Of a stretch of 64,000 nucleotides of DNA, positions 29,553 through 39,074 are shown in pieces. Position 1 is the stretch's first letter, and every line of letters starts with the position of its first letter. The notes beneath the pieces are model-generated. The model was not told the DNA's origin. It did not search any database and saw only the letters and a program-made list of their open reading frames with translations. Source of the stretch: Candidatus Kerfeldbacteria bacterium (GTDB lineage Bacteria > Patescibacteriota > Patescibacteriia > UBA9570 > XYC2-FULL-38-9); NCBI GenBank assembly GCA_016182555.1, contig JACPGJ010000007.1, positions 64,053 through 128,052 of the forward strand, read 5' to 3'. A program made the translations under genes and the position numbers.

Positions 29553-31346
29553 TTATTCGCTTCGATCTGGTTGAATTTTCAAATAATTGACCAAATACTG
29601 AGACAATTTCCCAAACAATGGCGCAGCAGACGTTTCTGCCCAGGGTGATTGCGGTTTATCAATTTTCACGAGAATGACTGCCTGCGGGTCAGAAACGGAA
29701 ACAAATCCAATAAATGTGTCTTTATGAAGATGCTCATCATATCCAACACCGTTTTCTTTCGGAACCTGCGCAGTTCCTGTTTTACCGGCAACAAAATATC
29801 CATCTAAACGTGCTGGCTTTGCATGCGGCCCATCAACAACGCGTACTAACATTGCCCCGACCGTACGTGCTGTTTCTGGAGAAATAGGTTGTCCAGCTGG
29901 CTCCGGTTGCGTCACTTCTTGATATCCATTCGATTTCACGACGCGATCGACAATATATGGCTTCATCATGACACCATCATTGGCAAATGCACTATACGCC
30001 TGCACCAATTGCAAAGGAGTAATCGTCATTCCCTGGCCATACGATGACGTCGCGCTATAAATATCTTGTAATTTTGCCACAGAAGAAATATTCCCAGCAT
30101 TTTCTCCATTAAGAGTAATACCGGTTTTCTTTCCAAAACCAAACTGCTGAATATAATTGTTCCATCGTTCATTTCCAATTTGTTGCACGGCATAGACAGC
30201 ACCCGTATTCAAGGATAACTCCAAAACGGTTGTCATATCCACCACTCCATGGGCTTTGAAATCGGAATTATTGATGGAGTACCCCTCAATCTTTACTTCA
30301 CCCGTATCCTCATACGTTGTATATGGAGTAATTTTACCTTCATTGATGGCTGCGGCCACAGCGATCGGTTTCAACACTGAACCTGGTTCATATTGGTCAG
30401 AAACCGCATCATTCATATACAGTTGAATATCATCCACATCGGAATAATGATTCGGGTCATATTCGGGAGCATTACACATCGCTAAAATTGCTCCGGTTTT
30501 CGGGTTCATCACAATAACAGATCCTTGCTCTGCTTTCAGCGATTCTACAGTATCACTTAACATCCAGCACGCTGTATATTGAATATTTTTATCAATCGTG
30601 AGAATCAACGAATCACCGTCTTGCGCCTCTACAATGGAATTATCACCGATGGCAATAAACCGACCAAATGCATCTAATTCTTTCCGAATACTCCCTGGTG
30701 TTCCGGCCATCTGCGTATCAAAATATCCTTCCAAACCATATTGGCCTTTCCGATGATCATCCGCCATTCCCACAAAACCAGTAATCGCTGAGGTTGCCTT
30801 GCCTTCTGGATACAAACGAGCATCTTCCGGAGTCCAATCAATTCCCGGTAACTGTTGTTCATGAATAATTTTTTCCAATGCATTCAACTCTTGTTCACTC
30901 ACACCATGTTTTAATGGCTCATACACATCATTCTCTTTTGATAACCGCTCGAGCACCATGGCTGAATCTAATCCCAGCACATCGGCAACCGCATCAGCTG
31001 TTTTTTGTTTATCGACGATTGGTATTTGCTTCGGATTTGCAAATACATGATACACCGTTTGATTCGTGGCAATAACCGCGAGCCCAGAATCAGAAAATTG
31101 ATCTTGGGCATATATCTCACCGCGTTCAGGCAATAGTTGCTTCGCTAAGGTATGCTGGTCATTTGCCCACTGCTCATAAAATCCATGCTCCATGACCTGC
31201 ACCACAAATAACCGTGTAATAATCAGCAAGCTCATCGCTCCAAAACCGATCATTAATAACTTCACTCGGTCCATTCCTGCAAATACAATAAGACCCGCTG
31301 TTGCACTTCGTGTTTTTCGTGAATGCGAAATTCTGCGCTTCGTCAT
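29553..31346 (-). CDS. ftsI: penicillin-binding protein 2/3-type transpeptidase (FtsI-like)
   Basis: N-terminal TM anchor, PBP dimerisation region, transpeptidase motifs (…SVIKP…, …SNN…, …KTGTAQ); position in the dcw cluster. Confidence 0.8.
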   Translation of the reverse strand: MTKRRISHSRKTRSATAGLIVFAGMDRVKLLMIGFGAMSLLIITRLFVVQVMEHGFYEQWANDQHTLAKQLLPERGEIYAQDQFSDSGLAVIATNQTVYHVFANPKQIPIVDKQKTADAVADVLGLDSAMVLERLSKENDVYEPLKHGVSEQELNALEKIIHEQQLPGIDWTPEDARLYPEGKATSAITGFVGMADDHRKGQYGLEGYFDTQMAGTPGSIRKELDAFGRFIAIGDNSIVEAQDGDSLILTIDKNIQYTACWMLSDTVESLKAEQGSVIVMNPKTGAILAMCNAPEYDPNHYSDVDDIQLYMNDAVSDQYEPGSVLKPIAVAAAINEGKITPYTTYEDTGEVKIEGYSINNSDFKAHGVVDMTTVLELSLNTGAVYAVQQIGNERWNNYIQQFGFGKKTGITLNGENAGNISSVAKLQDIYSATSSYGQGMTITPLQLVQAYSAFANDGVMMKPYIVDRVVKSNGYQEVTQPEPAGQPISPETARTVGAMLVRVVDGPHAKPARLDGYFVAGKTGTAQVPKENGVGYDEHLHKDTFIGFVSVSDPQAVILVKIDKPQSPWAETSAAPLFGKLSQYLVNYLKIQPDRSE

Positions 31347-31349
31347 GGT

Positions 31350-31715
31350 CTATTTATTGCCAAAAGCCACCGCGGAATCTGTTGTTTGAAGATAATCCGC
31401 TTTACCAGATGCGACCATTTTGGAAGTATCAATGCGTTGTTGAATGCTTTCAAGCGACTGTAACGCCGTTTGTTGATTACCCAACTTATGGTATTCATCT
31501 TCCAACGCCAACACCTGTTTTTCTAAATCAGATACATAAAAGCCAGCCGATGCAGAACTATTCACCAGCCACAGATATGTTCCACCTAATAGCATAATAC
31601 TGGCGATGAGTGCAATACGCATGCGCGTGGTATCAATCAACGCTAAAAATTCTCCTATTCGTGAGGAAATATTTTCTTGTTTTTGTTTATGACGTAGTAA
31701 AGAAAAACGGGACAT
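31350..31715 (-). CDS. cell division protein FtsL-like (small bitopic coiled-coil protein)
   Basis: 121 aa, one TM helix then a coiled coil; sits between rsmH and ftsI as FtsL does. Confidence 0.4.
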   Translation of the reverse strand: MSRFSLLRHKQKQENISSRIGEFLALIDTTRMRIALIASIMLLGGTYLWLVNSSASAGFYVSDLEKQVLALEDEYHKLGNQQTALQSLESIQQRIDTSKMVASGKADYLQTTDSAVAFGNK

Positions 31716-31728
31716 GAACGTTCATTAT

Positions 31729-32688
31729 TTATAATTTTTCTATCATGCGCAGTTTGGCGCTGCGTGCGCGCGGATTCTCCGCTACCTCTTCTGCAGATGG
31801 TTGAATCGGTTTTTTGGTGATCTGTTTTACGACGGCATGATGATCGCATCGGCATTCCGGAATTTCCGGCGGACAAATGCACTCCGTTGCCCATAATCGA
31901 AATTGGTGTTTTACAATACGGTCTTCCAACGAGTGAAAGGAAATAATCGCTAATCGCCCACCAGGAGCCAGAATATTGAGTACTGAAGAAAGAAACTGCT
32001 GCAGATGTTCAAGCTCATGGTTGACGGCGATACGCAACGCTTGAAAGGTTCGCGTCGCTGGGTGAATCTTTTGCCCTGGCCTGCGATGGATTATTTGCTC
32101 AATGAATTCAGCAAATTCTGCGCTCTGCTCAAATGGCTGTACCGCGCGACGTTGCACAATTTCACGCGCAATTTTTCGCGCATGAGGTTCTTCGCCATAT
32201 TCTCGCAAGATACGCAATAACTCTTCTTCTGAAGCAGTGTTGAGTAATTCCGCTGCGGTTTCTCCTTGCGTTTGATCGAATCGCATATCGAGCAAACCAT
32301 TCTGGCGAAATGAAAATCCCCGCTTGCCTTCATCTAACTGTAATGAAGACAACCCAAGATCGAGCAAGATTCCACGAATGGGTTGGTGTGCATCAATAAC
32401 GTCACGATACTGGGCCGCGTTTGCATACGAATCATGAATGGGAATAAAACGGGCTCCAAATTCCTGCAACCATTGCGTGGTTTCATGCAACGTTTGGGCA
32501 TCGCGGTCAAAACCGATCACGACTCCGTGGGGGGCAATACGCCCAAGCATGGATCGCGTATGTCCACCGCCACCGACCGTACCGTCAATGACCGTATCAT
32601 TTGGTGCCAGATTCAAACCGTGTAACACCTCTTGTAAAAGAACAGGAACATGCACACTCGTACGGTTATTCATCATCGGCTTCGTCAA
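31729..32688 (-). CDS. rsmH: 16S rRNA (cytosine1402-N4)-methyltransferase
   Basis: VPVLLQEVL...DGTVGGGGHT... SAM-binding motif and RsmH/MraW family layout. Confidence 0.9.
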   Translation of the reverse strand: MTKPMMNNRTSVHVPVLLQEVLHGLNLAPNDTVIDGTVGGGGHTRSMLGRIAPHGVVIGFDRDAQTLHETTQWLQEFGARFIPIHDSYANAAQYRDVIDAHQPIRGILLDLGLSSLQLDEGKRGFSFRQNGLLDMRFDQTQGETAAELLNTASEEELLRILREYGEEPHARKIAREIVQRRAVQPFEQSAEFAEFIEQIIHRRPGQKIHPATRTFQALRIAVNHELEHLQQFLSSVLNILAPGGRLAIISFHSLEDRIVKHQFRLWATECICPPEIPECRCDHHAVVKQITKKPIQPSAEEVAENPRARSAKLRMIEKL

Positions 32689-32725
32689 ATAGTGATTCCA
32701 TAGCTTCCTCCTCCATGGTTACTGA

Positions 32726-33157
32726 TTAGACTCCTAATTCGCCCAGGGTTTCTGCAATTTCATTGCTTTCCTGTTCGGTCGCGGTTTTGTATTTCTTCCA
32801 CGCGGCCTCATCCCAAATTTCTAACCGGTCATAGAGGCCGGCAACCACCACTTTTTTGTTGGTGTCGGCATATTCCCGCAGATATTCGGGCAGGATGATT
32901 CTCCCCTGTCTATCGAGTGTCACATCCATCGCGCCGGCAAGCATGAGGCGCGAAAATGCACGTGACTTACTCTGCGAAATAGGTAGTTTAACCAGCTTTT
33001 CAGCAAGTGCGTTCCAAGCATCCATTGGGTATAAAAAGAGACAACGGTCCAAGCCGCGAGTCACGACAGCGCCACCGGAAAGTTTTGCACGAAATTTCAC
33101 CGGAATAGCCAGGCGGCCTTTTTCGTCTATGGAGTGTTGATATTCACCGATGAACAT
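32726..33157 (-). CDS. mraZ: transcriptional regulator MraZ
   Basis: MFIGEYQHSIDEKGRLAIP... with duplicated DxxGR motifs. Confidence 0.9.
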   Translation of the reverse strand: MFIGEYQHSIDEKGRLAIPVKFRAKLSGGAVVTRGLDRCLFLYPMDAWNALAEKLVKLPISQSKSRAFSRLMLAGAMDVTLDRQGRIILPEYLREYADTNKKVVVAGLYDRLEIWDEAAWKKYKTATEQESNEIAETLGELGV

Positions 33158-33204
33158 GTGCGTTCGTTGCTTTTTATATAGTAGAAAGGGTGTGTGAATT
33201 CAAG

Positions 33205-33328
33205 TTATCCACTTCTGGTATAGCTTATCCCCACTTTTATCCACAATTCACCTTAATATAACCATTATACACCACAACTATACCCCACGCAACCCCCGCT
33301 CTCCACAAAAAAATAAGGGTTATCCCCA
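33205..33328 (+). promoter_or_regulatory. cluster of four DnaA-box-like 9-mers (TTATCCACT, TTATCCCCA, TTATCCACA, TTATCCCCA) in one orientation
   Basis: Read directly at 33205-33213, 33225-33233, 33237-33245 and 33320-33328; all in the 349-bp intergenic region upstream of mraZ, next to an A/T-rich stretch. Confidence 0.4.
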
Positions 33329-33506
33329 TATTTATGAAAAAAATGCAACTGCTGTGTTTAATGTGTTTAATGACCTTTCACATATCAACCTTCGCGATAA
33401 TTCTTCCAGAGCTTCGTTTTGCTTCGCAAATACGTGCTCTCTCCAGAATTATCGCTACGGTTCTATAACCTGAATGGCCGCGTAAAGGCCAAGAACAGAA
33501 AATATT

Positions 33507-35180
33507 TTATCGGTGATACTTCTTTGAAACAGGGAGCGAAATATAAAATGTAGTGCCGCGACGAGGTTCAGATTCAAACCAAATACGACCACGATGTTTT
33601 TGAATAATATGACGAACAATATACAACCCTAAACCAGAACCACTCGATTCCTGTTGTTTGGCGTTGGTTGCTCGGTAAAATTTGGTAAAAATTTTCGCTT
33701 GTTCTTTTTTTGGAATACCAATACCTTGATCGGTAATGGCAATCAATTGTTGACCATCCGGCTGGTGTATACGAATCGAAATGGTAGAATCATTCGGGGA
33801 ATATTTCACGGCATTATCAACCAAATTTTGAATCGCCATTCGCAATTTCTGTTTATCCATCTCGATCGGCGGTAATAATTCCGCCGGTGTATTCAACTCA
33901 ATATGTATTTTCTTACGCTCCGCATCGACTGCTGCACTCTTCACCACATCCTCTACCAAATCCACCACATGGTCTTCAATAAATTGATATTCCGTACGAC
34001 CCTCTTCCATTTCAGAAATATCTAACAAATTATTGATAATCTCAATCACTTGGTTATTTTTCGCAAATGCTTGGTCCAATAATTCTTTCTGCTTTGCATT
34101 CACCGGACCGATATCACCATCGGACATAATTTGAAAAAACCACTTGAGCGATGATAGTGGCGTGCGTAATTGATGAGCCGCAACTGAAATAAAATCCGAT
34201 TTCATTTGATCGAGCTCTTTTTCGCGGGTGACATCGCGCAACACCTTGACCCAACTCAAAATAGATCCACTCAGATTATAAATTGGAATAGAATCCACTT
34301 GAATATACGTGACAATATCGCCTCCACCTACGGCGATATCATGGCCCAAACGCTTGGCTTGGGGTTGATCGAGAATCGCATCAATCAATGAATGAAATTT
34401 TTTGGCAAAATTCTTTTTGTGCAATTCTGATTTCAAAGCGTCATCATATAACTGCAACATATACATGGCCGGCGGATTCATCGATAAAATATGTTGCTGG
34501 GTATCCATCATAATAATGCCATCTTCGAGAGAATTTAAAATCGAACGAACTTTGTCGCGCTCAATAGTAATTTGTAATTCGCGATCACGAATAATACGAT
34601 TCACAAATATCGCGAGAATGGACAACACCATAAACGATAATGCGATCGTCATCGTGTTCAGTACTGTGGCTTCAATATTTTGGTAGAGGTGTGGATCGTG
34701 GTGATATCGCGCATAGTGAGCAATGAACCCCTGAAATTCAAACACGATTAACCCGATATACATCGTCATGGTCACCAGCGACAGCATGACAATTTCAATT
34801 TCGGAAAACAGAATGGTGGCCGATAAGAGCGGGAAGAAATAGATGAAGAAATTAATACTTTCAATACCACCGGTGTAATAGATGAGCGCCGTCACCATAA
34901 GCTGGTCAACCAACACTTGCGAAAAACTCAACAAGTGCAGAGTGCGATCACGCAATTTTTGCGGAGAACGGTGGATATAGAATGAAAACGAAATATTATA
35001 GAGCATCGGTAAAATCACCAATACCATTAACCGCATCACCGTTAATGAACTCACACCCACACCGGCGATTCGTTGGACAACTCCCACTAATGCTAGCCCT
35101 AAAATTAAAAACCAACGACTCAGAATAATGCCTTTAATCGCATGAATACGTTTTATTTTTTGCTCCTCCGTGAATGACAT
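33507..35180 (-). CDS. sensor histidine kinase (multi-TM sensor, PAS, HisKA, HATPase_c)
   Basis: N-terminal TM helices, H-box SVAAHQLRTPL, N/G1/G2 boxes (…DNAVKYS…, …DQGIGIP…, …GSGLGL…). Confidence 0.8.
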   Translation of the reverse strand: MSFTEEQKIKRIHAIKGIILSRWFLILGLALVGVVQRIAGVGVSSLTVMRLMVLVILPMLYNISFSFYIHRSPQKLRDRTLHLLSFSQVLVDQLMVTALIYYTGGIESINFFIYFFPLLSATILFSEIEIVMLSLVTMTMYIGLIVFEFQGFIAHYARYHHDPHLYQNIEATVLNTMTIALSFMVLSILAIFVNRIIRDRELQITIERDKVRSILNSLEDGIIMMDTQQHILSMNPPAMYMLQLYDDALKSELHKKNFAKKFHSLIDAILDQPQAKRLGHDIAVGGGDIVTYIQVDSIPIYNLSGSILSWVKVLRDVTREKELDQMKSDFISVAAHQLRTPLSSLKWFFQIMSDGDIGPVNAKQKELLDQAFAKNNQVIEIINNLLDISEMEEGRTEYQFIEDHVVDLVEDVVKSAAVDAERKKIHIELNTPAELLPPIEMDKQKLRMAIQNLVDNAVKYSPNDSTISIRIHQPDGQQLIAITDQGIGIPKKEQAKIFTKFYRATNAKQQESSGSGLGLYIVRHIIQKHRGRIWFESEPRRGTTFYISLPVSKKYHR

Positions 35181-35251
35181 ATCATTAAATGGCTGCTGTT
35201 AGTATACGGAAAAATTTGTGATTTGTATACATTTCTTTTATACTCATTTTC

Positions 35252-35788
35252 ATGAAGCTCAAACAACACATCCCAAACGCCATTAGTACTTTCCGTGGGC
35301 TGCTCACCGTTTCCTTGCTGCCTTTATTCTTTTTGCCTCATAGCCGCATTATTGCACAAGTAATTATTGTTTCAGCTATTCTGCTTGATAAGCTCGATGG
35401 CACGCTGGCGCGCTGGTGGAAAGTGGAATCTGAATTAGGAAAACGGTTAGAATCGATTATCGATCCATTCCAAATCACCGTTGCGGGATTATATATTGTT
35501 TTATTCTGCGGATTTCCAGCCAACATTTTTTTTATCGGTCTCAGTGTTTGCGGTATGGTCACGCTATGGCGAATGATTGTGTCTATACGTATGAAAAAAT
35601 TATTTTACGAAAAATCTCCTATCAGTCGCGTTGGTGCAGGGTTAGCTTACGTCACGATATTCTTTTTTCTCTTTACCCTCCCCGGCCGCAACCTGATGGC
35701 ATGGCTCATGCTCGCCTACACGCTCCTCATGTGCGCAAATTATGCACGTATGATTTCCCGAGCCTATAAACGAACAACGACACGTTAG
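35252..35788 (+). CDS. CDP-alcohol phosphatidyltransferase family protein
   Basis: PNAISTFRG...LDKLDGTLAR...G...D...D motif; 4 TM helices. Confidence 0.45.
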   Translation: MKLKQHIPNAISTFRGLLTVSLLPLFFLPHSRIIAQVIIVSAILLDKLDGTLARWWKVESELGKRLESIIDPFQITVAGLYIVLFCGFPANIFFIGLSVCGMVTLWRMIVSIRMKKLFYEKSPISRVGAGLAYVTIFFFLFTLPGRNLMAWLMLAYTLLMCANYARMISRAYKRTTTR

Positions 35789-37311
35789 ATTGTAGACAAG
35801 AAACGGATAAGCGTACGAACACTAAAACCGGTGGCACCCGAAGGAGTGCATGGGTCTGTTTGTGCATACGCCCATGCTGGCCCAGCAATATCCAAATGCA
35901 ACCACGGCGTTTTTTTGCTCACAAAATGGCTTAAGAACAGCGCACCTTCAATCGCGCCTCCCCAACGGGCTTTATTATTATTTTGTAGATCGGCAATTGG
36001 GCTATCCAGTAATTTTTTATACTCATCAACCATCGGTAATTCCCACACCGGTTCACCTGCGCTGCGTGCGGCTTCTTGCACCAATCCCATTAACTGTCGA
36101 TTTGTACTAAACACACCAGCGACCTGTAAACCTAACGCAACCATACAGGCGCCCGTGAGCGTGGCAATATCCACCATATAATCTGGTTGGAGTTTCTCTT
36201 CTGCCCACGCCAGTGCGTCTGCAAGCACAAGCCGTCCTTCTGCATCCGTATTGGTAATTTCAATAGTTTTACCATTATAGGCAGTTACCACATCACCTGG
36301 TTTTGTTGCTTTGCCAGAGGGCATATTTTCTGTCGCTGCGATCACTCCATGCAGCGCAACATTCGGTGCTATCTTATCAATTTGTGAAAAAATACCCAGC
36401 ACCGTGGCCGCGCCAGCCATATCCATTTTCATCTCTTCAATAAAACCCACTGGTTTTAAGGAAATGCCCCCAGAGTCAAACGTAATTCCCTTTCCGCAGA
36501 GCACCACTTTTTTCGGTTTTTTGCCAGCACGTTTTTTCGGTGTATATGCCAAATGAATAAAATACGGCGGTTGGTCAGAACCCGCTGCAACCGCAAGCAG
36601 TGCACCCATCTTCATTTTCCGAATAGCCGCTTCGTTATACACCGTCACCTTCACACCAGGAATTTTTGCCAGATGGCGTGCATGTTCTGCCAGTTTCGCT
36701 GGCGTCATGTGGATGGCTGGTTCGTTAATGAGATCGCGTGCATACGTTGTGGCATTACTCATCAACATACCCTGTGCCACACCAGCTTCAATCGCGCGTA
36801 CTTCTTTCGTATTCGGTTCCGCAATAATGAATTTTTGTAATTGTGCTTTTGCCAATTCCCCTGCCGTTTCCGTACCCTTGTATTTCAAAAATTGATATGC
36901 GGATAATCGCACGCCTTCTACTAATACCTGAGCAACACTGGCTACAGATATCTCTTTTGCGGTGAACGCTTCAACAGAAACCACTAAACGTTTTGCATGA
37001 ACGGTTCGCGCCGCTTGCACGGCTCGCCCAGCCGCACGACGGATTACATCTTGATTCAACTCTTCCTTTTTGCCCATTCCCAACAACAATAACCGTTTTG
37101 CTGGCAATTGATGATGTGTATGAATAATGAGCGCTTCTCCCGGCTTGCCAACAAATCCTTCATCTTCCATATCAGTGCTGATGAGGTCCTTCAACTGGGT
37201 ATTCACACTTTTCAGTACTGTATGCAGTGTTTTTGCACCTTCAAATAATGGAATAAGCAACAAATCACAAGAAACAGCAAGCACTTCTTTTCGTTGAACT
37301 TCAATTTTCAT
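35785..37311 (-). CDS. pepA: leucyl aminopeptidase (M17 family)
   Basis: NTDAEGRLVLADAL and the metal-binding residues of the M17 catalytic domain. Confidence 0.85.
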   Translation of the reverse strand: MKIEVQRKEVLAVSCDLLLIPLFEGAKTLHTVLKSVNTQLKDLISTDMEDEGFVGKPGEALIIHTHHQLPAKRLLLLGMGKKEELNQDVIRRAAGRAVQAARTVHAKRLVVSVEAFTAKEISVASVAQVLVEGVRLSAYQFLKYKGTETAGELAKAQLQKFIIAEPNTKEVRAIEAGVAQGMLMSNATTYARDLINEPAIHMTPAKLAEHARHLAKIPGVKVTVYNEAAIRKMKMGALLAVAAGSDQPPYFIHLAYTPKKRAGKKPKKVVLCGKGITFDSGGISLKPVGFIEEMKMDMAGAATVLGIFSQIDKIAPNVALHGVIAATENMPSGKATKPGDVVTAYNGKTIEITNTDAEGRLVLADALAWAEEKLQPDYMVDIATLTGACMVALGLQVAGVFSTNRQLMGLVQEAARSAGEPVWELPMVDEYKKLLDSPIADLQNNNKARWGGAIEGALFLSHFVSKKTPWLHLDIAGPAWAYAQTDPCTPSGATGFSVRTLIRFLSTI

Positions 37312-37442
37312 AATAGAATATTATCAATTTATGGCTAATACTATACCAAATAACTATTGCTCTGTCGAAACTGTTCTTCTTGAAACTTGCAAAAAATTAA
37401 AATATATGTTATACTATTGATAATTAATAAATCTAACTTTGT

Positions 37443-38231
37443 ATGCTTATGGTCGGAGGGGAAACACGAAGAGAACCCAGTCGCGGTTCGAGAGTGCCAG
37501 GGGCACAACACCATGATATATGGAATACAGGCAGAAGTGCTGACCAAGTAGCTCGTTTAGCACAACGTCGGCCCGATAGACAATATGGCCAATCGTTAGC
37601 TGATATGCCGACGAGCGGAGACCCAACCATAGTTACACCAGTAGAAAACCCAAACAATCCATTAGGTAGTGAAGACACTCTCATATTAGCTGTAAATCCT
37701 GCAGCTCGGCCCAAAGAAGCATCGCTCACAGCCGTAGCAGATAATGGTAGACCAACCAATGCACACACAGAAAGATATAAAAACCGCCCAACAAATTTGG
37801 CAAACTTAGCAACTGACCCTGAATTACCTGCAACTACTGTAGAACAACGAGGCACAAAAATACTTGTTCCGGAAGTACGATTGAAAGAAAGCTTGGTTTC
37901 TCCAGAGGTTGCACGTGATTTATCAGCGATGTCAACGCAGCGACTGCAACAATTAGAAATAGATTATGTGAGATTTGCTAATGAAATGGCTAAATATTTA
38001 AAAAACGGAGGAGATGTGACTACACTGGAAAATCTTTCAACGTATTTCACAACAGATCGGGGATTACAAAAACGCTGTGCAGACTTAGTTCAGCATAGCG
38101 AAATGCCCAGCCGCAGCGCATTAACAGAACTGATGCAGGAAAATACAGATTGGCACAATGCTGCTGCACGAGAAATAGGTAACATACTCAAAGGGCGAAA
38201 ACAGCAATCTGGAAGCAGAGCTGCGGCATAA
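37443..38231 (+). CDS. hypothetical protein (disordered P/T/N-rich N-half, helical C-half)
   Basis: 262-aa ORF preceded by a near-consensus TTGCAA-17-TATACT promoter (37387-37415); no recognisable domain; start codon uncertain. Confidence 0.4.
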   Translation: MLMVGGETRREPSRGSRVPGAQHHDIWNTGRSADQVARLAQRRPDRQYGQSLADMPTSGDPTIVTPVENPNNPLGSEDTLILAVNPAARPKEASLTAVADNGRPTNAHTERYKNRPTNLANLATDPELPATTVEQRGTKILVPEVRLKESLVSPEVARDLSAMSTQRLQQLEIDYVRFANEMAKYLKNGGDVTTLENLSTYFTTDRGLQKRCADLVQHSEMPSRSALTELMQENTDWHNAAAREIGNILKGRKQQSGSRAAA

Positions 38232-38300
38232 AAAATTTGATTTTTTAAAGGGAAAATGATATAGTCGCTACACAATTATCGATTATCATTTTTTCCTATA

Positions 38301-39074
38301 ATGTCAAAAAAATTGAATATTTCTGATCTTCATGTCGAGGTTTCCGGCAAGGAGATTCTTCATGGTATTGATTTAATGGTGAATACCGGGGAAGTACATG
38401 CGATTATGGGGCCCAATGGTTCGGGAAAATCCACTCTTTCGCAAACCATTTTTGGTCACCCAAATTATACGGTGACCAAGGGTTCTATACGCTTGGATGG
38501 AAAGGATTTGTTACCCCTCTCCCCTGACAAACGCGCCAATCTCGGTCTGTTTTTAGCATTTCAATCACCCAATGCCGTACCAGGCGTAAACATTGCTAGT
38601 TTTTTGAAACAAGCGGTGAATGCCAAACGGCGATTCGTTGACCCGGCATTCAAAGGTCTCAAAATTCGGGAATACCGCGAACTGTTGGAGGGCACGATGC
38701 AAACCATCAAAATGAAGCCAGAATTTGCGCAACGGTATTTAAATACAGGTTTTTCTGGCGGCGAAAAGAAAAAATCGGAAATTTTACAAATGGCGATGCT
38801 CCGGCCAGATATTGCCGTGCTCGATGAAATTGATTCCGGGTTAGATGTCGATGCCTTGAAAGCTGTTTGTGAAGGGGTGAATACGCTCCGCCGTGAAACC
38901 GGTATGGGCGTGCTCATCATTACTCACTACCCACGGATTCTAAAATATATTATGCCTGATACGGTACATATATTGATGGATGGTCGTATCGTGCGCAGTG
39001 GTGATCATACGCTCGCCCACCGCATTGAAGAAGATGGATATGATTGGTTGAAGTCAACGGAAAAACCTGTATGA
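38301..39074 (+). CDS. sufC: Fe-S cluster assembly ATPase SufC
   Basis: Walker A GPNGSGKST, signature FSGGEKKKSEIL, Walker B VLDEIDSGLD. Confidence 0.9.
   Translation: MSKKLNISDLHVEVSGKEILHGIDLMVNTGEVHAIMGPNGSGKSTLSQTIFGHPNYTVTKGSIRLDGKDLLPLSPDKRANLGLFLAFQSPNAVPGVNIASFLKQAVNAKRRFVDPAFKGLKIREYRELLEGTMQTIKMKPEFAQRYLNTGFSGGEKKKSEILQMAMLRPDIAVLDEIDSGLDVDALKAVCEGVNTLRRETGMGVLIITHYPRILKYIMPDTVHILMDGRIVRSGDHTLAHRIEEDGYDWLKSTEKPV

Noticed and set aside
37443-37700. Possibility that the Arg-rich 5' part of the 37443 ORF is a structured ncRNA (RNase P, 6S, SRP, tmRNA or riboswitch)
   Set aside because: None of the conserved cores I know is present: no GGAAAGUCCGG, no tmRNA GGGG...CCACCA ends, no SRP domain-IV motif, no riboswitch cores. 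Left as an uncertain start region of the CDS.
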